From NCBI RefSeq assembly GCF_006345805.1, contig NC_043006.1:11718001-11782000 (forward strand): a DNA stretch of 64,000 nucleotides. The letters are read 5' to 3'. A program made the position numbers and the translations under genes. The notes under the pieces are model-generated. The model did no database searches. It saw only the letters and a program-made list of their open reading frames with translations, and had not been told where the DNA came from. The DNA comes from Octopus sinensis (Eukaryota). This document shows positions 36,952-50,867 of the stretch, piece by piece; positions within the stretch are counted from its first letter, which is position 1; every line of letters begins with the position of its first letter.

Positions 36952-37051
36952 CTTCGCTGGCGTTTTTAAAGGCCGCTGCATTATTGAGAAGATTTCTGTT
37001 CAAGTGCAGGCAAATATCCGCTTGTAAACATTCAGGGAAGCCTTTTAAAAC
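36952..37051 (-). CDS. KCNH2-like (erg): ERG/KCNH channel internal exon: end of C-linker ([34 protein letters not shown])
   Basis: Manual minus-strand translation (not in the ORF track). Acceptor ttctttctgttgtag|GTT, donor GAAG|gtaac, 100 nt, phase 0 to 1. Peptide is nearly identical to h[22 protein letters not shown]. Confidence 0.96.
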
Positions 37052-37314
37052 CTACAACAGAAAGAACATAAAAAAAAAATGATTGCTTGGTTACAGTAAA
37101 GTAAAAAGCAATCAAATTCTGGCGGAAAGAGAAATTGCATAAATGTCATCACATAGAAATCATGAAAAACTGTCCTCTTGGCTCTGTTTTCATCTGTTAA
37201 AAATACATGATTAATATACATACATACATAATACATACATACTTACATACATATATATATATATAATATATATTCATTCATTCATACAATCATATATATA
37301 TTCATATATATATG

Positions 37315-37345
<31 letters not shown>

Positions 37346-37415
37346 TATATATATTATATATATATATAATATATATATATATTCATTCATTCATACAATG
37401 ATATATATATTCATA

Positions 37416-37461
<46 letters not shown>

Positions 37462-38944
37462 TATATATATTATATATGTACATATTGAAGAAGAGTGAAA
37501 CGCAAATATTTGCAGTAATTGCTGGTGGTAAAATACATTTTATGCTTTAAAATGGTGCGATATTTCAAGAAGCATGTAATTTAGAACATTCTATTCACAA
37601 TGAGGAGCTCGACTAATATTTTATTTCATTAATTAAATTTTGAAAATATTGTGAATAATATGATCTCAGTGGCTCATCTTTGAGATAAAATTCCCCTTAG
37701 TTTAATAATTCATGTAAGCAATTAAGAACTTTAATAGTATTGCAAGAGAAAATTTAACAACCATGTTGTGATCGCTCGATATGCCAGAAGTAGCAGATAA
37801 TTGTTCTTCATATTTCACAATATTGTTTAAACAAGATGTAATACTGGATTTATGATGCCTGAGAATTATCATGCAAGGAGCCTATTTTATCACAGGGCCG
37901 TCTGGCGTTAAAAGTTAATGATATAAATTTCGTGAAATGCTACAAGATCTGAACTTCAGAGACCAATAACAATAATTTTGCAATTCTAATTATGAACATG
38001 ATAACAGAGGTCCAGAAGAGTTTTGATAGGCTGGTATGCTGCGAAATGTGAAGAATCCAAACTTTTGGTCATTGCTCTTTCAATTAGCGTATAGAAAATG
38101 TAGCACTGTTATCGGCTTGGTCGCAGGGTCAGCATATGGGGATTGGAATATGGTTTGGGATTTGGGGAAAGGAAGTCCTCGCTTGACTTTATTTTGCATA
38201 CTGACTTAATCAGTTTAAAGAGGGAGGTATGTAATAGCCATCTTATGAAAGAATAAATTAAACTAAAACAACAATTAGCAATGAGAAGAAAAAAAATATA
38301 GAAGAAGAGATAAAGAACAGTTGAATGCTTCTATTGCTAAATTGTTTTGTAATCTCATTGAATTGGATGATCTTATGTATGGTTGGTGGACTCTTGGAAA
38401 TAAATTGGGCCTCTAGCTTTGACCTCGGAAATAAATTGGACCTCTAGCCTTTTAATACCATTTTAAAAATGTGCTCTATCTTAGACTGGTAAGTCTTGCG
38501 TTCGAACAAATGTCATATTTCCGAATATAAACGACAAGAGCGCAAAGGTGATTCCATATGCTTTTATTCCTAGACATTAATTTTTGTGAATGCAGAATAA
38601 TCTTTTAAAAATTACCCCTATTCGATATATTATTTTTATCAACGAGTAACTATCAGTAAGTTATTTATAAATCTAATAACAATTGATAAATATCATATTT
38701 CGCGACAAAAGGTAATTTTCAGGTAGTTGTAGTCTATTTATAGCATACACACACATGTATATATATATAATTTCTCACGTGTACATACATACACACACGT
38801 ACACATATATACATATATATGTTGATATATATATATATATATATATAGGGGCAGAATTCACGAAAAAAAAAAAACAAAAGACGAAGACAGGTAGTGTAGA
38901 AAACAAACAGATGTATTAGTATAAGGTTCAGGAATTGAAAAAGT

Positions 38945-38980
38945 CTTTTACGTTTGGAGCCTAAGCTCTTCCACAGAAAG
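38945..38980 (-). ncRNA. Degenerate hammerhead-like motif within a ~250-bp repeat
   Basis: cttt-CTGTGGA-a-GAGC/ttag/GCTC-CAAA-CG-TA-aaag. Helices I-III intact, core substituted. Confidence 0.4.
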
Positions 38981-39301
38981 GAACACGGAAAGAAACAAGT
39001 AGAGAAAAAAATGTATGTAGTGGCTACCGATCTATGTAGCTTCCATAGTAAGAAAAAGAGAGATAGAGTTTGATAAGAAAAAGAAGTGAGTGGGAAGAAA
39101 GTTCTTTTAAGGGAAGAAAACTGCTTAAAGCTAATAAACTTTTTTGTCTTTGCTTTATTATTATGCGAGTTTTTTTTCTTATGAGTGAGGGAACATATCA
39201 AATAATATTAACTTAAAATTCACTTTGTTCTCATTTTGGGTGTCATAGTAGCTGCAGATAACGTTATTTCGCTCTTATTAGACCTTATCAATACAAATTA
39301 A

Positions 39302-39339
<38 letters not shown>

Positions 39340-39439
39340 TATATATATATATATGCGGATATATGTTTGTGTGTGTGTGTGTATACACTATATATTGTAA
39401 TAATAACATCAGTTCATTTCGCACTTCTTTATATTACTT

Positions 39440-39528
39440 ATTCTATCAGTTTCTTTTGCCGAACCGTTAAGTTACGGGAAAGTAAACACACCAGCATCAG
39501 TTGTCAAGGCAGGTTGGGGGTACAAACA

Positions 39529-39576
<48 letters not shown>

Positions 39577-39757
39577 CGCATATATACATATATACGACGG
39601 GCTTCTTTCAGTTTCCGTCTACCAAATCCACTCTCAAGGCTTTGGTCGGCCCGAGGCTATAGTAGAAGACACTTGCGCAAGGTGTCACGCAGTGGGAATG
39701 AACCCTGAACCATGCGGTTGTTAAGCAAGCTACTTACCACACGGCCACTCCTGCGCC
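39440..39757 (-). mobile_element. SINE family A
   Basis: Family A head and body. Confidence 0.85.
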
Positions 39758-40199
39758 TGAAAGTTTGCAAAGTTAAATGCTTTATAACTGAGGGTCGAAG
39801 CCATATTCCTTTACAGAAAAAAAAAAACATTTTTCCTACACTGGATGTGTATACTGCAATTAACAAAGCACTGAGTAACTGGTGTATTGATTGGGGTTCG
39901 ACTGTTGTATTCCACGTACAATAAGCAAAAAGACAGTATAGCACGTTGTGGAGGGGAGAGAACCGTTGAGTAAATAGAGATTAGAGTTAAATGATTTTTT
40001 TTTATATATAAAATTGGCATCTCGTGGAAATATCACGTTCAAAAGAGGCAGTAATTCAAAGACCTTATAGTGACCTCGAAATGATTTAATCAAAAAGAGA
40101 CGTTAATACTTCACAGGAACTATTTTACTAGCATATCGTATCAGTTGGGGTAATGTTGTGTTTATGTATGAATATACATGCATACATACATACATATGC

Positions 40200-40259
<60 letters not shown>

Positions 40260-40427
40260 CACATTGCTGTGATTCAGGTCATATATATATATATATATAA
40301 ATATTGTGGTTGTTGTGCGTGGATGTGAGTGGGTGCGTGTGTGTGTATATGTGTGTATGTATGAATTATATTTATGTTTATATATATATATTATATATAT
40401 GTGCGGTACCCCACAACTCCACTTTGT

Positions 40428-40467
<40 letters not shown>

Positions 40468-40649
40468 TTATATATATAAACAATGGGAAAGAGGGAAAGA
40501 GAGGGAGAGGAATGAGGAGAGTGGGAAAGAGAATGAAAGAGGGGGGAATTGTTCGTGTTACAACAGCTTCAGATAAGGCCTGAAACCGATAGATATTTTC
40601 TCTAAAGATATGCGAAAGGCAGTATCTAGATGCTAATGGTGCTCATAAT

Positions 40650-40696
40650 GATGCTGCTGATGATGATGGTGGCGACGACGACGACGATGATGTTAT

Positions 40697-40731
<35 letters not shown>

Positions 40732-40753
40732 GTGATGATGGCGATGATGATGG

Positions 40754-40784
<31 letters not shown>

Positions 40785-40897
40785 GATGGTGATGATGATG
40801 GTGATGATGATGGTGATGATGGCGATGATGATGGTGATGATGATGATGATGGTGATGATGATGGTGATGATGATGGTGATGATGGCGATGATGATGG

Positions 40898-40928
<31 letters not shown>

Positions 40929-40963
40929 GATGATGATGATGGTGATGATGGCGATGATGATGG

Positions 40964-40994
<31 letters not shown>

Positions 40995-41136
40995 GATGGT
41001 GATGATGATGGTGATGATGATGGTGATGATGATGGTGATGATGGCGATGATGATGGTGATGATGATGATGATGGTGATGATGATGTTGGTGATGATGATG
41101 ATGGTGATGATGATGATGATGATGAGGACGATGATG

Positions 41137-41167
<31 letters not shown>

Positions 41168-41185
41168 GGATGAGGATGATGATGG
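40650..41185. repeat. (GAT)n cryptic repeat with regular GGT/GGC interruptions
   Basis: Direct reading; gives the poly-Met and poly-His ORFs in the track. Confidence 0.95.
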
Positions 41186-42559
41186 GGAAAGGAAATAAAC
41201 CGGTGAAAGGGAATAAGAGAAGGAAAATTAGGAAGAAGAGAGAGAGAGAAGGAGAGATAAAGAGACGGAGAGAGAGAGTTGAAGATGGCGTCGAGTTGGA
41301 GGATGCTGGAGATGCTGTGCAAGGTTAATAACGTTGCTAATATTGGTTTGCGTTCGATAATCAAGACTAGTTTTCACGTAATTCATGCTTCCATCATCTG
41401 AGATTGGTGTGAATTTCTTCAGAACACATTTATATTTGCTAAATCAGATTTGTTCTTCAACAACGTGCGGAATGAAGAAAGTATCAAATAACAACGAGAC
41501 AACTTATTGCTTGATGCTATAAAAACTACCAAAGCAAACAGATTGAGAAATAAAATCGAACTGGGCGTGATTTTCACTTAATCCGAGAGATAATACCAAC
41601 AATTAAACAATTTTTTTCTCAATCATCAAATCTCTTGGACAATGTTATTATTGTTGGAGCATGATGGAAATGCCTTGTTAAAAATGATGGACTGTGAAGA
41701 AATGTTCTTGAAGTTTTCTATTTGCTTTTTTTTATTTTCATGAACTAATACTCTGTGAATAAGTGTTTTAAATTGAATTTATCAGTTTTTCTCCCTTTGT
41801 TTTTACACTTGTAAATATCGTTTTTTATTTCATTGCTTACAATTAGTTCTTATTTTTGTTTCATATCTTTCTTAGTAATTTAATGTTTTCCCCGTCTTCA
41901 TTCCTACTTCATCCGCCACCATCAAGCTCTCTAAACACCATCATATAAAGGAATAGAAACACCAGTACTTTTACTGCTGTCATCACGATTACAGTTTATT
42001 AACATTGCTGTGATTTACTATCTTTGCCCATATAAACCATACTCCTCTTCATTTTATTCTCTCGCTCCTCCTTCAAATATTCAGCCAATTACTTCTCTAT
42101 AAACTGATCATAGTTCCTAATACGTTGTTATTTGCTGTTGAGCAAGTTCCTCTATAGTACCTCGACCATATGCTTTAGAAATACAATTTTACAGCTAATC
42201 CATTTCAGGTCAGTTCTTACAATCGAATTAATCCTTCACCAATAATGGATCATAGAATTACACCTATTATTCGTTGATACTTTCAATATTTACCCTCTTT
42301 CCCGTCCATTCATTTTTTTGTAATTTTGTTCCATCTTTTACGAATAGGTTTATTTCATTTTATTTTATTCCACACACACACACATACACACACATACACA
42401 CACACACATACACACACACACACACACACTCGCACGCACACACACACACACACATATTGATTATGTTACCAGCGTTTTTGATTCCTCCTCCCAGTAGAAC
42501 TTCTGTCGCCATTCGAAGATAGATTGATCGATTTTGTATTCAAACAGGAACAATATGTA

Positions 42560-42636
<77 letters not shown>

Positions 42637-43990
42637 TGTATGTATGTATATACAAAGATTCCTTTCAAATTTAATAAAACATGTGAGCATTATTTCAATA
42701 CAAATGGTCAGCAAATATAATTAATCATTCAGAAGAAATTATTTTAGAGTTGGTATATTAAGAAAACAAATTATTCACATTCATTATAATCTTGCTTTTG
42801 GGTCAACACATAATGACAAAGAAAAGTATATTTTGTATGAATTTTGCATATAATTAACTTGTGGCTAGAAACTGTATCAAATATCCAAGGGAGAGTTAAG
42901 TTAACAGGAACAGTGTTGGAAGTTGTTGATCGTTAATGGTAAAAGAAATCATTGGGGAACAATGTGTAATGAATTTGTTCAAATATGTTGAATAAGACGA
43001 TGGAGAGATTGAGGAAAATGGCGCCCGACGAACAGATATTTTCCTACACACCATTTTGACATACAGGCGCGCTCTTGACGCGTAGATATGATAGCTATAA
43101 CATACGATTTTGATTGCAAGTGCAGTTGAATACAATTTAACTTACTATAATTGTATATATATACAAAGAAACCACAACGGAGCCAAGCTGCAGGAACAAC
43201 AACGCTTAATAAATTTATTCTAACAAGGGAATATCTACGTGCTTCGTGATCTGTTAAAAATATCAGCCAAATATTCATCAACTCACTGAATGCTCCTCTA
43301 AAAACGGGCGGAAACAGCATAGGTATTCATATATAAATAAAAAGGAAATTTGAAGACTGATTTATCTTTGACCTTGCGCGTGCTCTGTAAGGTTGAATGA
43401 GGACTATACACCAACGATAACAACGGAATCAGAGGTAATAAATAATTAGTGGTAATAAAGTATTAATGATTATAAAATAAGAGGCTACGGAAACGATGCG
43501 TACCCATGGTCGCGTGAGATTATAGATGCGCAGCTAGAAAATTCCACTCTAATTTGGAGGCCTAGACAAGGCTTTATCTATGGAAGATTTGCCCATGCCA
43601 AAATATCTCCTCCTGTTCTACCGATGTTGACCACAGAAAATAAGGCCGATATAACTTGGCAACAGTGTCGCTACTGATATTGATGTCCGAGTATAACTCA
43701 AGACTAACAATTCCAGGAATTCCATCATTCTGAAGTTTATTTTTCGGATCCGAAATGATAGGAAGCAAAGTTGACGTCGGCAATATTTGAAGTCAATATG
43801 AAAAGAGGTGAAACAAATACAGGAATCCTATCCGATGGAATAACAATTCTACCAATTAACAACTTAGAATAATACACATACAACACATAACACAATAATA
43901 CTATAGTAACAGTATTACATTAGTACAAATTTCTACTTTTAGTTCCCAAATGGCATTTAGATGTGTATCGACAATTGAAAACGATTTATG

Positions 43991-44034
<44 letters not shown>

Positions 44035-44050
44035 TTATATATATATTTAG

Positions 44051-44190
44051 TCAGGAGTGGCTGTGGGGTAAGTAGCTTGCTTACCAACCACATGGCTCTG
44101 GGTTCAGTCCCACTGCATATCTGCTATAGCCTCGGTCCGACCAAAGCCTTGTAAGTGGATTTGGTAGACGTAAACTGAAAGGAGCCTGTC

Positions 44191-44261
<71 letters not shown>

Positions 44262-44482
44262 AGTGTGTATGTATGTATGGGTTTGTATGTCTGTGTTTGT
44301 CGCCCCCAACATCGCTTGACAACCGATGCTAGTGTCTTTACGTCCCCGTCACTTAGCGGTTCGGCAAGAGAGACCGATAGAATAAGTACTAGGCTTACAA
44401 AGAATAAGTCCTGTGGTCGATTTGTTCGACTAAAGGCGGTGCTCCAGCATGACCGCAGTCAAATGACTGAAACAAATAAAAG
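44051..44482 (+). mobile_element. SINE family A
   Basis: Head to tail, small internal deletion. Confidence 0.85.
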
Positions 44483-44509
44483 AAAAAAAACCACAAGCCA
44501 TTCTTGAGC

Positions 44510-45020
44510 AGAAGTTGCTTCACTTGTATTGTGAGTCAAAACGTTTTGCAATATTTTGGTAACTAATTTGCTTTATTCCTGAAAATGTACTGTTTGAAGC
44601 TATCTTTCTGCTAGTTCTTTGATCCTGCGCCGAAACCAGTTCATATCCTTCGAGCCGATGAGCTCCTTCACTGAGGCTGCCATCTTTTCTTGGTTGATTA
44701 AGCGTTACAAGCGCAGAAAATGATGGGCCATCTATTGCAACAAATCATAAGCCGAGGGAGCTAGGTCAGAACTATATGCTGGGTGTAGCAACAATTCGAT
44801 TCTCTGAAGATGCTGGAGTTTATTCCAGATCCTTCGAGCGGTTTGACGTCTTGCCTTGTCTTGCTGCAGAAGAGTTCGCTTTCTGTTAACCAATGCCATG
44901 TATTTTGCCGCATAATGGCATACATTCATTTGAGATCGTTGAAATAAGTGCCAGTAAGCGCACCGTGGTCGAAATAATCAATTTACCCACTCCTCCGAAA
45001 ATTACTGGTCTTGCACCAAA
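44510..45020 (-). mobile_element. Decayed mariner fragment
   Basis: LLQQDKARRQTAR...LLHPAYSSDLAPSAYDL (second and third catalytic motifs). Confidence 0.8.
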
Positions 45021-46117
45021 ATTTAAAAGTAATATGTAAATTTGCAAGTGCAAAGCTTTAGTTAGTCCCTGATTCGGCGCCTAAAAGCGCAATTAAAAAG
45101 AAAAATATTATGTTTTGCTACCGCACAATAAAGTGCAGCTATATGCACCTTCAAAACGTGGATTTTGTGCTTTGGTTACATGCTTTGTATTGCACTGAAA
45201 GTGCATAATCTTTGTACTCTGTCTAGCTGCTATTTCGTGTGTTTGTATATGCTTAAATCATGTCTTCATCTTTCAAATTCATTTACAAGGCACCTACCAT
45301 CGAAAACGTTATCGCACTGATTTTAGGGGTTAAGTGTTAGAATAAATTATTCGTATAGCACAGAAATGTATACTTCCACGTCCATTTCTATTATATTTCA
45401 CGGAGTTCTGTAGTAAATTCAAAGCCTTTTATTTAGATTATCACCATTTTTGTCAATGGCCGGTTTGTTTACTTCTGGAAATGCAGCGATTTGGACGCTT
45501 TGTTATCGTACTTTTTATGCATCAACTTCAATGTGTACATTCCCTTTCTAACCTTAGACAGAATAATATGGCTTTATTTGTATTGTGTGTCTCGTATTTT
45601 TCTGTGCGTGCGTGTATGAAGACGGAATCGACGTGCTATTGTTGTCAGTTTATCCTATGTTACGTGGTGGCCGGTAGCTGACCAGTACAAACTTTTGCAA
45701 TGCATTACTGATATGAGTTAAAAAATCGATATCAGTTCAGTAACAAATCAAATGTATTACATACTCTGCTTTATCATTAACAATTTTCATTACTTTGTGT
45801 TCAATCTGATTCGTTGTTATTTAATCGGTGCTAATGGATATTTATTCAGAGCAATCAAGAAGCGTTATCAAGCAGCCCATGTTTTTCTCCATTAAACGAT
45901 ACCCGGCGATCTTTTATTATCATTATAGTGTTAATTTCATTATTAGGAACCTATCAACAAAGGGGGGTTTGGGGCGGCAAAAAAATAACAAAAAAAAAAA
46001 AAAAAAAAAAAATGTTACGGCCTTCTACGGCTACAAATTCAGAGGTTGCAATTCTCCGCCGAAGATGTATTTGTCTAAAATCTTCTGCCTTGTGCTAATA
46101 TATTAATATTTTTCTTC

Positions 46118-46400
46118 TGAGGCTGCGAGTTTGGCAGAAACGTTAGCACGGGCGAAATGCTTAGTGGCGGTAATTTCGTGTGCCGCTATACTTTTGGAGT
46201 TCCAATTCCCCCCGAAGGTCGACTTTGCCTTTAATCCCTAATGGTTTTTTTGCTGTAATTTTTGTCCCCGTAGCTTTCTCCTGTGTTTCGGTGACAAAAG
46301 AGACCGAATAGAATATTACTAGGCTATACAAAGATAGCTTTGGGTACAGATTTCTTTGTGTACAGGCGGCTGCTCCAGCATGACCTCTCATAAGAGACGG
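46118..46400 (+). mobile_element. Chimeric SINE: family B head/core + family A tail, indel-rich
   Basis: ggcagaaacgttagcac...gtcgactttgcctt followed by caaaagagaccg..aggcggctgctccagcatgacc. Confidence 0.6.
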
Positions 46401-46409
46401 AAACATCCA

Positions 46410-46740
46410 AAGGCTTCACAACTGAAATGCGTGGTCGTTTTTACTGAAAGAATAGTTGGAAGTTGATCCGGATCTTTTTTCGAAGGTCATCACTGGTGAC
46501 AAAAGCTGGTGCTACGCAATTTGAAGATGTAGAAGAGATGAAAAAAAAAAGACGATGGAGGCATCAAAAGGAACCAATTCGCAAGAGTTTCAGCACTGCT
46601 TCGAAAAGCTGAAAACGCGCCTCTTGACTTATGCTCTGCTTCAAATGGAGAATACTCTGAAGAGGCGATAAAAGCGTAAACATATAAAACGAAGTGAATG
46701 AAACAATATTGCATAATTATGGTTTCTTTTGGGTACCCCC
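46410..46740 (+). mobile_element. Internally deleted mariner relic
   Basis: Fragments KVITGDKSWCY and FEDVEEMKKK...EFQHCFEKLK...SNGEYSE. Confidence 0.6.
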
Positions 46741-46744
46741 ACGT

Positions 46745-46775
<31 letters not shown>

Positions 46776-46785
46776 CACACGCACG

Positions 46786-46820
<35 letters not shown>

Positions 46821-46824
46821 TAAC

Positions 46825-47136
46825 ATTGAGATAAAACCACTATTAGGCAAATCAAACAATGAAAAACATAAACCAAAACATAAAAATAAATATAATTAAT
46901 ATAATTTACAAAGTATATAAAATATAAAAAAAATTAATTATTTAAATTTATAATTTTTAATTTATATTTATAAATTTTTATAATTTTTTAATATTTTTTT
47001 AATTTTAAATTTATAAATTTTTGATTTGCCTAATAGTGGTTTTACCTCTAATATAATTTATATTTATACTTATACTGTGAAATTTGATTTAATCCTAAAT
47101 CTAATTTTTTCCTGTAAGTTGGGATTTACTCCCTAA

Positions 47137-47140
<4 letters not shown>
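46825..47140. repeat. Fold-back repeat (family of 15185-15490, opposite orientation)
   Basis: Same arm and tail sequences. Confidence 0.7.
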
Positions 47141-47186
<46 letters not shown>

Positions 47187-47659
47187 GTATACATGTGTGC
47201 GTGTAGTGTGAGTATATTTATAAATATATATGTATATGCATGTGTGTCTGAGACGGAGTAAGGGAAAGGGAGAGAGAGAAAGACAGGGAGAGGGTGGGAG
47301 AGAGGAAGAAAGAAGAAGATAGAAAGGGAGAGAGCGAGCGAGAGAGAGAGAGTGAGTGAGTGTGTGTGTGTACATGAACGTAACGTGAGGATATGTTCAT
47401 TTGATTGTGCCTATTTTCTCCTTCAGTGTATTTGAATAATGCTGACAAAGTTTCATATGTTTATAATTGCCTGTAAGAGGAAACAAATTTACATATCTTA
47501 ATATGGATGTATGTGATTTTTATGTGCATGTGTTTGCATAATACTGCAACACAATATCTGTGTACAGCAGCTGGATAATAACTACATTCTCTGTAACCGA
47601 GTCTAAGAATCAGAAAGCGCAGAAGTACAAACGTATAATGTACGTGATGTGGTGAAAAG

Positions 47660-48897
47660 CATTCGAATAATGACATATATACATATACATATATATACAT
47701 CTCAACATATATATGTATCTATTTATATATATATGTACATATATATATATATATATGCATATATATGAATATGTATATATTTATATATATATATATATAT
47801 GCATATATATGAATATGTATATATATATATATATGCATATATATGAATAATGTATATATATATATATATATATATATCAACATATATATGTATCTCTCTC
47901 TCTCTATATATATATGTATATATATATATACATATATATATGCATATATATGAATATGTATATATATATATATATATATTGTATGTATGAGAAAATCACG
48001 TGAAAGGCGAACGTGAAGAAATCTCTGTAAGTCGTATTGCAATTACAAAGTAGGGATTAATATAAAAATAGATGGAATTCTGAAGATGCCAATGGATCTA
48101 ATTCAAGAAGGGAATCGGTGGAATTAGAGGAATCAAATTTCTTTTAACACAGTAGATTCAGAGCAAATATTTATAATCAATAAAACGACAACAGAGACGC
48201 AAATATTCAATAACAGAAGAGGTTCCTGCTAGTCTTTTGTGCTAGCGTGACTCCTTTGTTATTGACTGTTGAAACAGCTCTGAAGCATGAAACAAACTGA
48301 AAAGAAAATGTGATATGCAAGATAATGGTGACTCATTTATTGATATTTGTCAGATGTCTCGCCAAATCTAAGTTTTAACAAGGAAACTGAGTAATAAAAG
48401 TGTAGTGAAGTTCATTTCAACAAAAGTAACTAGACGTTCATATTCATCTGACATACACTGCTTGTTTCATTCCTTTTGATTTTATATTTATATGCATATA
48501 TATAAATAGATACATACATGGGTGCATAGATATATATGAATATATATACATATGTATATGCATATATATATATATATGCATGTTTATATACATGCATATA
48601 CATGTATATATATATATATACATATATGCATATATATATACACATATAAATATATATACGTACATATATATATATACATACACATATAAATATATATACG
48701 TATATATATATACACACACATATATACATATATACATATATATACACACAAATATCATATATACATACATATACATACATATATATATATATATATACAC
48801 ATATATAATACATATACATACATATATATATAACATATATAATATACATATATATAATATATATATACATATATATAATACCATATATATATATATA

Positions 48898-48940
<43 letters not shown>
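47660..48940. repeat. TA/TATG/CA microsatellite and minisatellite blocks (47660-48000, 48480-48940)
   Basis: Direct reading; higher-order unit atgcatatatatgaatatgtatat. Confidence 0.9.
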
Positions 48941-49745
48941 GGTGCATGAAAAACTGTCGTCTATATTTTCGCAAAAATCAAAATAACACTGACATCTCAC
49001 TTTTGCAGGTATAATTACCAAAATAGCATAAAAATATCTTGAGAGTAAATTCATTCTATAAAATCGCCATTGGTTTCAACCACGGCCTGCAGACGAACTT
49101 AGAATATCCTGCAAGTTTTCAGGACGGTATCGTTGTTTAAGTTGATGAATGTTGCCATAATCCTTGCCTTCAGTTCGTCTTTGTTGTTATAAAGAGTTAT
49201 GTTGGTCTTTCGCTCAACTGCGCACCACACATAGTAATCAAGGGAGTTGGTGTCTGGGGAGTTAGATGGCCAGATGTTAGGGTTGGTGTGGTCGCAGAAA
49301 ATTGTCTGACAGCCGTACCTGGGTTCTCCTGCTTGTGCGGTATGGTAAAGTCTCCTGTTGCCAGAAGTAGGATCTTCCAGCAGCCACCATCTTCACCCAG
49401 AGCAGCACTACCTCCTCCAGGCTTGTTATGTAGGCCACCGTGTTGAGGCTGTGTAGAAAGATGAATAGAGGGATAACGTCACCGTTATTAGTAATCACTC
49501 CAAACACCATGATGTTGACCTGATGTTTGATTTTTATCACTCTCGGTGCATGTCCTCAGATTGCACTCTCCTCAGACTGACATCCAAACATTCTGAAATA
49601 TTCGTATTGGAGCTCCTAGCGCGAATACCAGTCAGTACAGAATGTCGTTTCCAAATTTCTGGCAGAGCGAATTGCGTCATAGTGCCGTGTTTCTCATAGA
49701 CGGTGCCCAACTGCCCCTACTACAGTGTACTAGGCAAAATCAAAA
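48938..49745 (-). mobile_element. Decayed Tc1/mariner-superfamily element (maT/DD37D-like)
   Basis: IMVFGVITNNGDVIPLFIF...YFWQQ and downstream WPSNSPDTNSLDYYVW; end tacagggtg. Confidence 0.7.
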
Positions 49746-49819
49746 ATAATGTACTTGAGCGAAATAAAAAATATAAAATGCTTACAATTCATCATATATA
49801 TATATATATTATATATGTG

Positions 49820-50186
49820 CAGGCGTGACTGTGTGGTGAGAAGCTCACTTCAGTCCCACTGTATGGCACCTTGGGCAAGTGTCTTCTACTATAGCCTCGG
49901 GTCACCCAAAGCATTGCGAGTGCAGTTAGTAGACGGAAACTGAACGAAGCCCGTCGTATATATCTATGTATACATTCATGTGTGTGTATGAATGTGTATG
50001 CCCCCCCCCCACCATCACTTGACAATCGATGCTGGTGTGCTAATCTCGTAACTAAACAGTTCAGCAAAAGAACCTATAAAATATGTACTAGGCTTACAAA
50101 GAATAAGTCCTGGGATCAATTTCTTCGACTAAAACCCTTTAAGGCGGTGCACCAGCATGACCGCAGTCAAATGACTAAAACAAGTA
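49820..50186 (+). mobile_element. SINE family A (diverged)
   Basis: Head, body and tail recognisable. Confidence 0.8.
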
Positions 50187-50427
50187 AAGGTATAAAGGAG
50201 CATATATATATTTTTTTTTAAAGAGTATATATAATATACGTGTAAAGGAATAAAAGAATATATAGATATATATATATATATATTATATATTATATATATA
50301 TATATAGAAATCGAAAAAGAGCATAGAAACCATTGACAGAAAAAGAACATACATGGTAAATCATGTGATAAGACATGGGAAAAAGATTCAGCACTATTTC
50401 AAGCGTTTAAGGATATATTTATATATA

Positions 50428-50843
50428 TAGGCGCAGGAGTGGCTGTGTGGTAAGTAGCTTGCTAACCAACCACATGGTTCCGGGTTCAGTCCCACTGCGT
50501 GGATCTTGGCAATTGTCTTCTGCTATTGCCCCGGGCCGACCAATGCCTTGTGAGTGGATTTGGTACGGAAACTGAAAGAAGCCTGTCGTATATATATGTA
50601 TATATATATATATATGTGTGTGTGTGTTTGTGTGTCTGTGTTTGTCCCACTAGCATTGCTTGACAACCGATGCTGGTGTGTTTACGTCCCCGTCACTTAG
50701 CGGTTCGGCAAAAGAGACCGATAGAATAAGTACTGGGCTTACAAAGAATAACTCCCGGGGTCGATTTGCTCGACTAAAGGTGGTGCTCCAGCATGGCCGC
50801 AGTCAAATGACTGAAACAAGTAAAAGAGTAAAGAATAAAAGAG
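50428..50843 (+). mobile_element. SINE family A (near full length)
   Basis: ggcgcaggagtggctgtgtggt...gaaacaagtaaaagag. Confidence 0.9.
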
Positions 50844-50867
50844 TAAATATGTATATATATATATATT

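Noticed and set aside
43574-43783. 69-aa minus ORF with protein-like composition
   Set aside because: No KCNH or other recognisable motif and no convincing splice pair.
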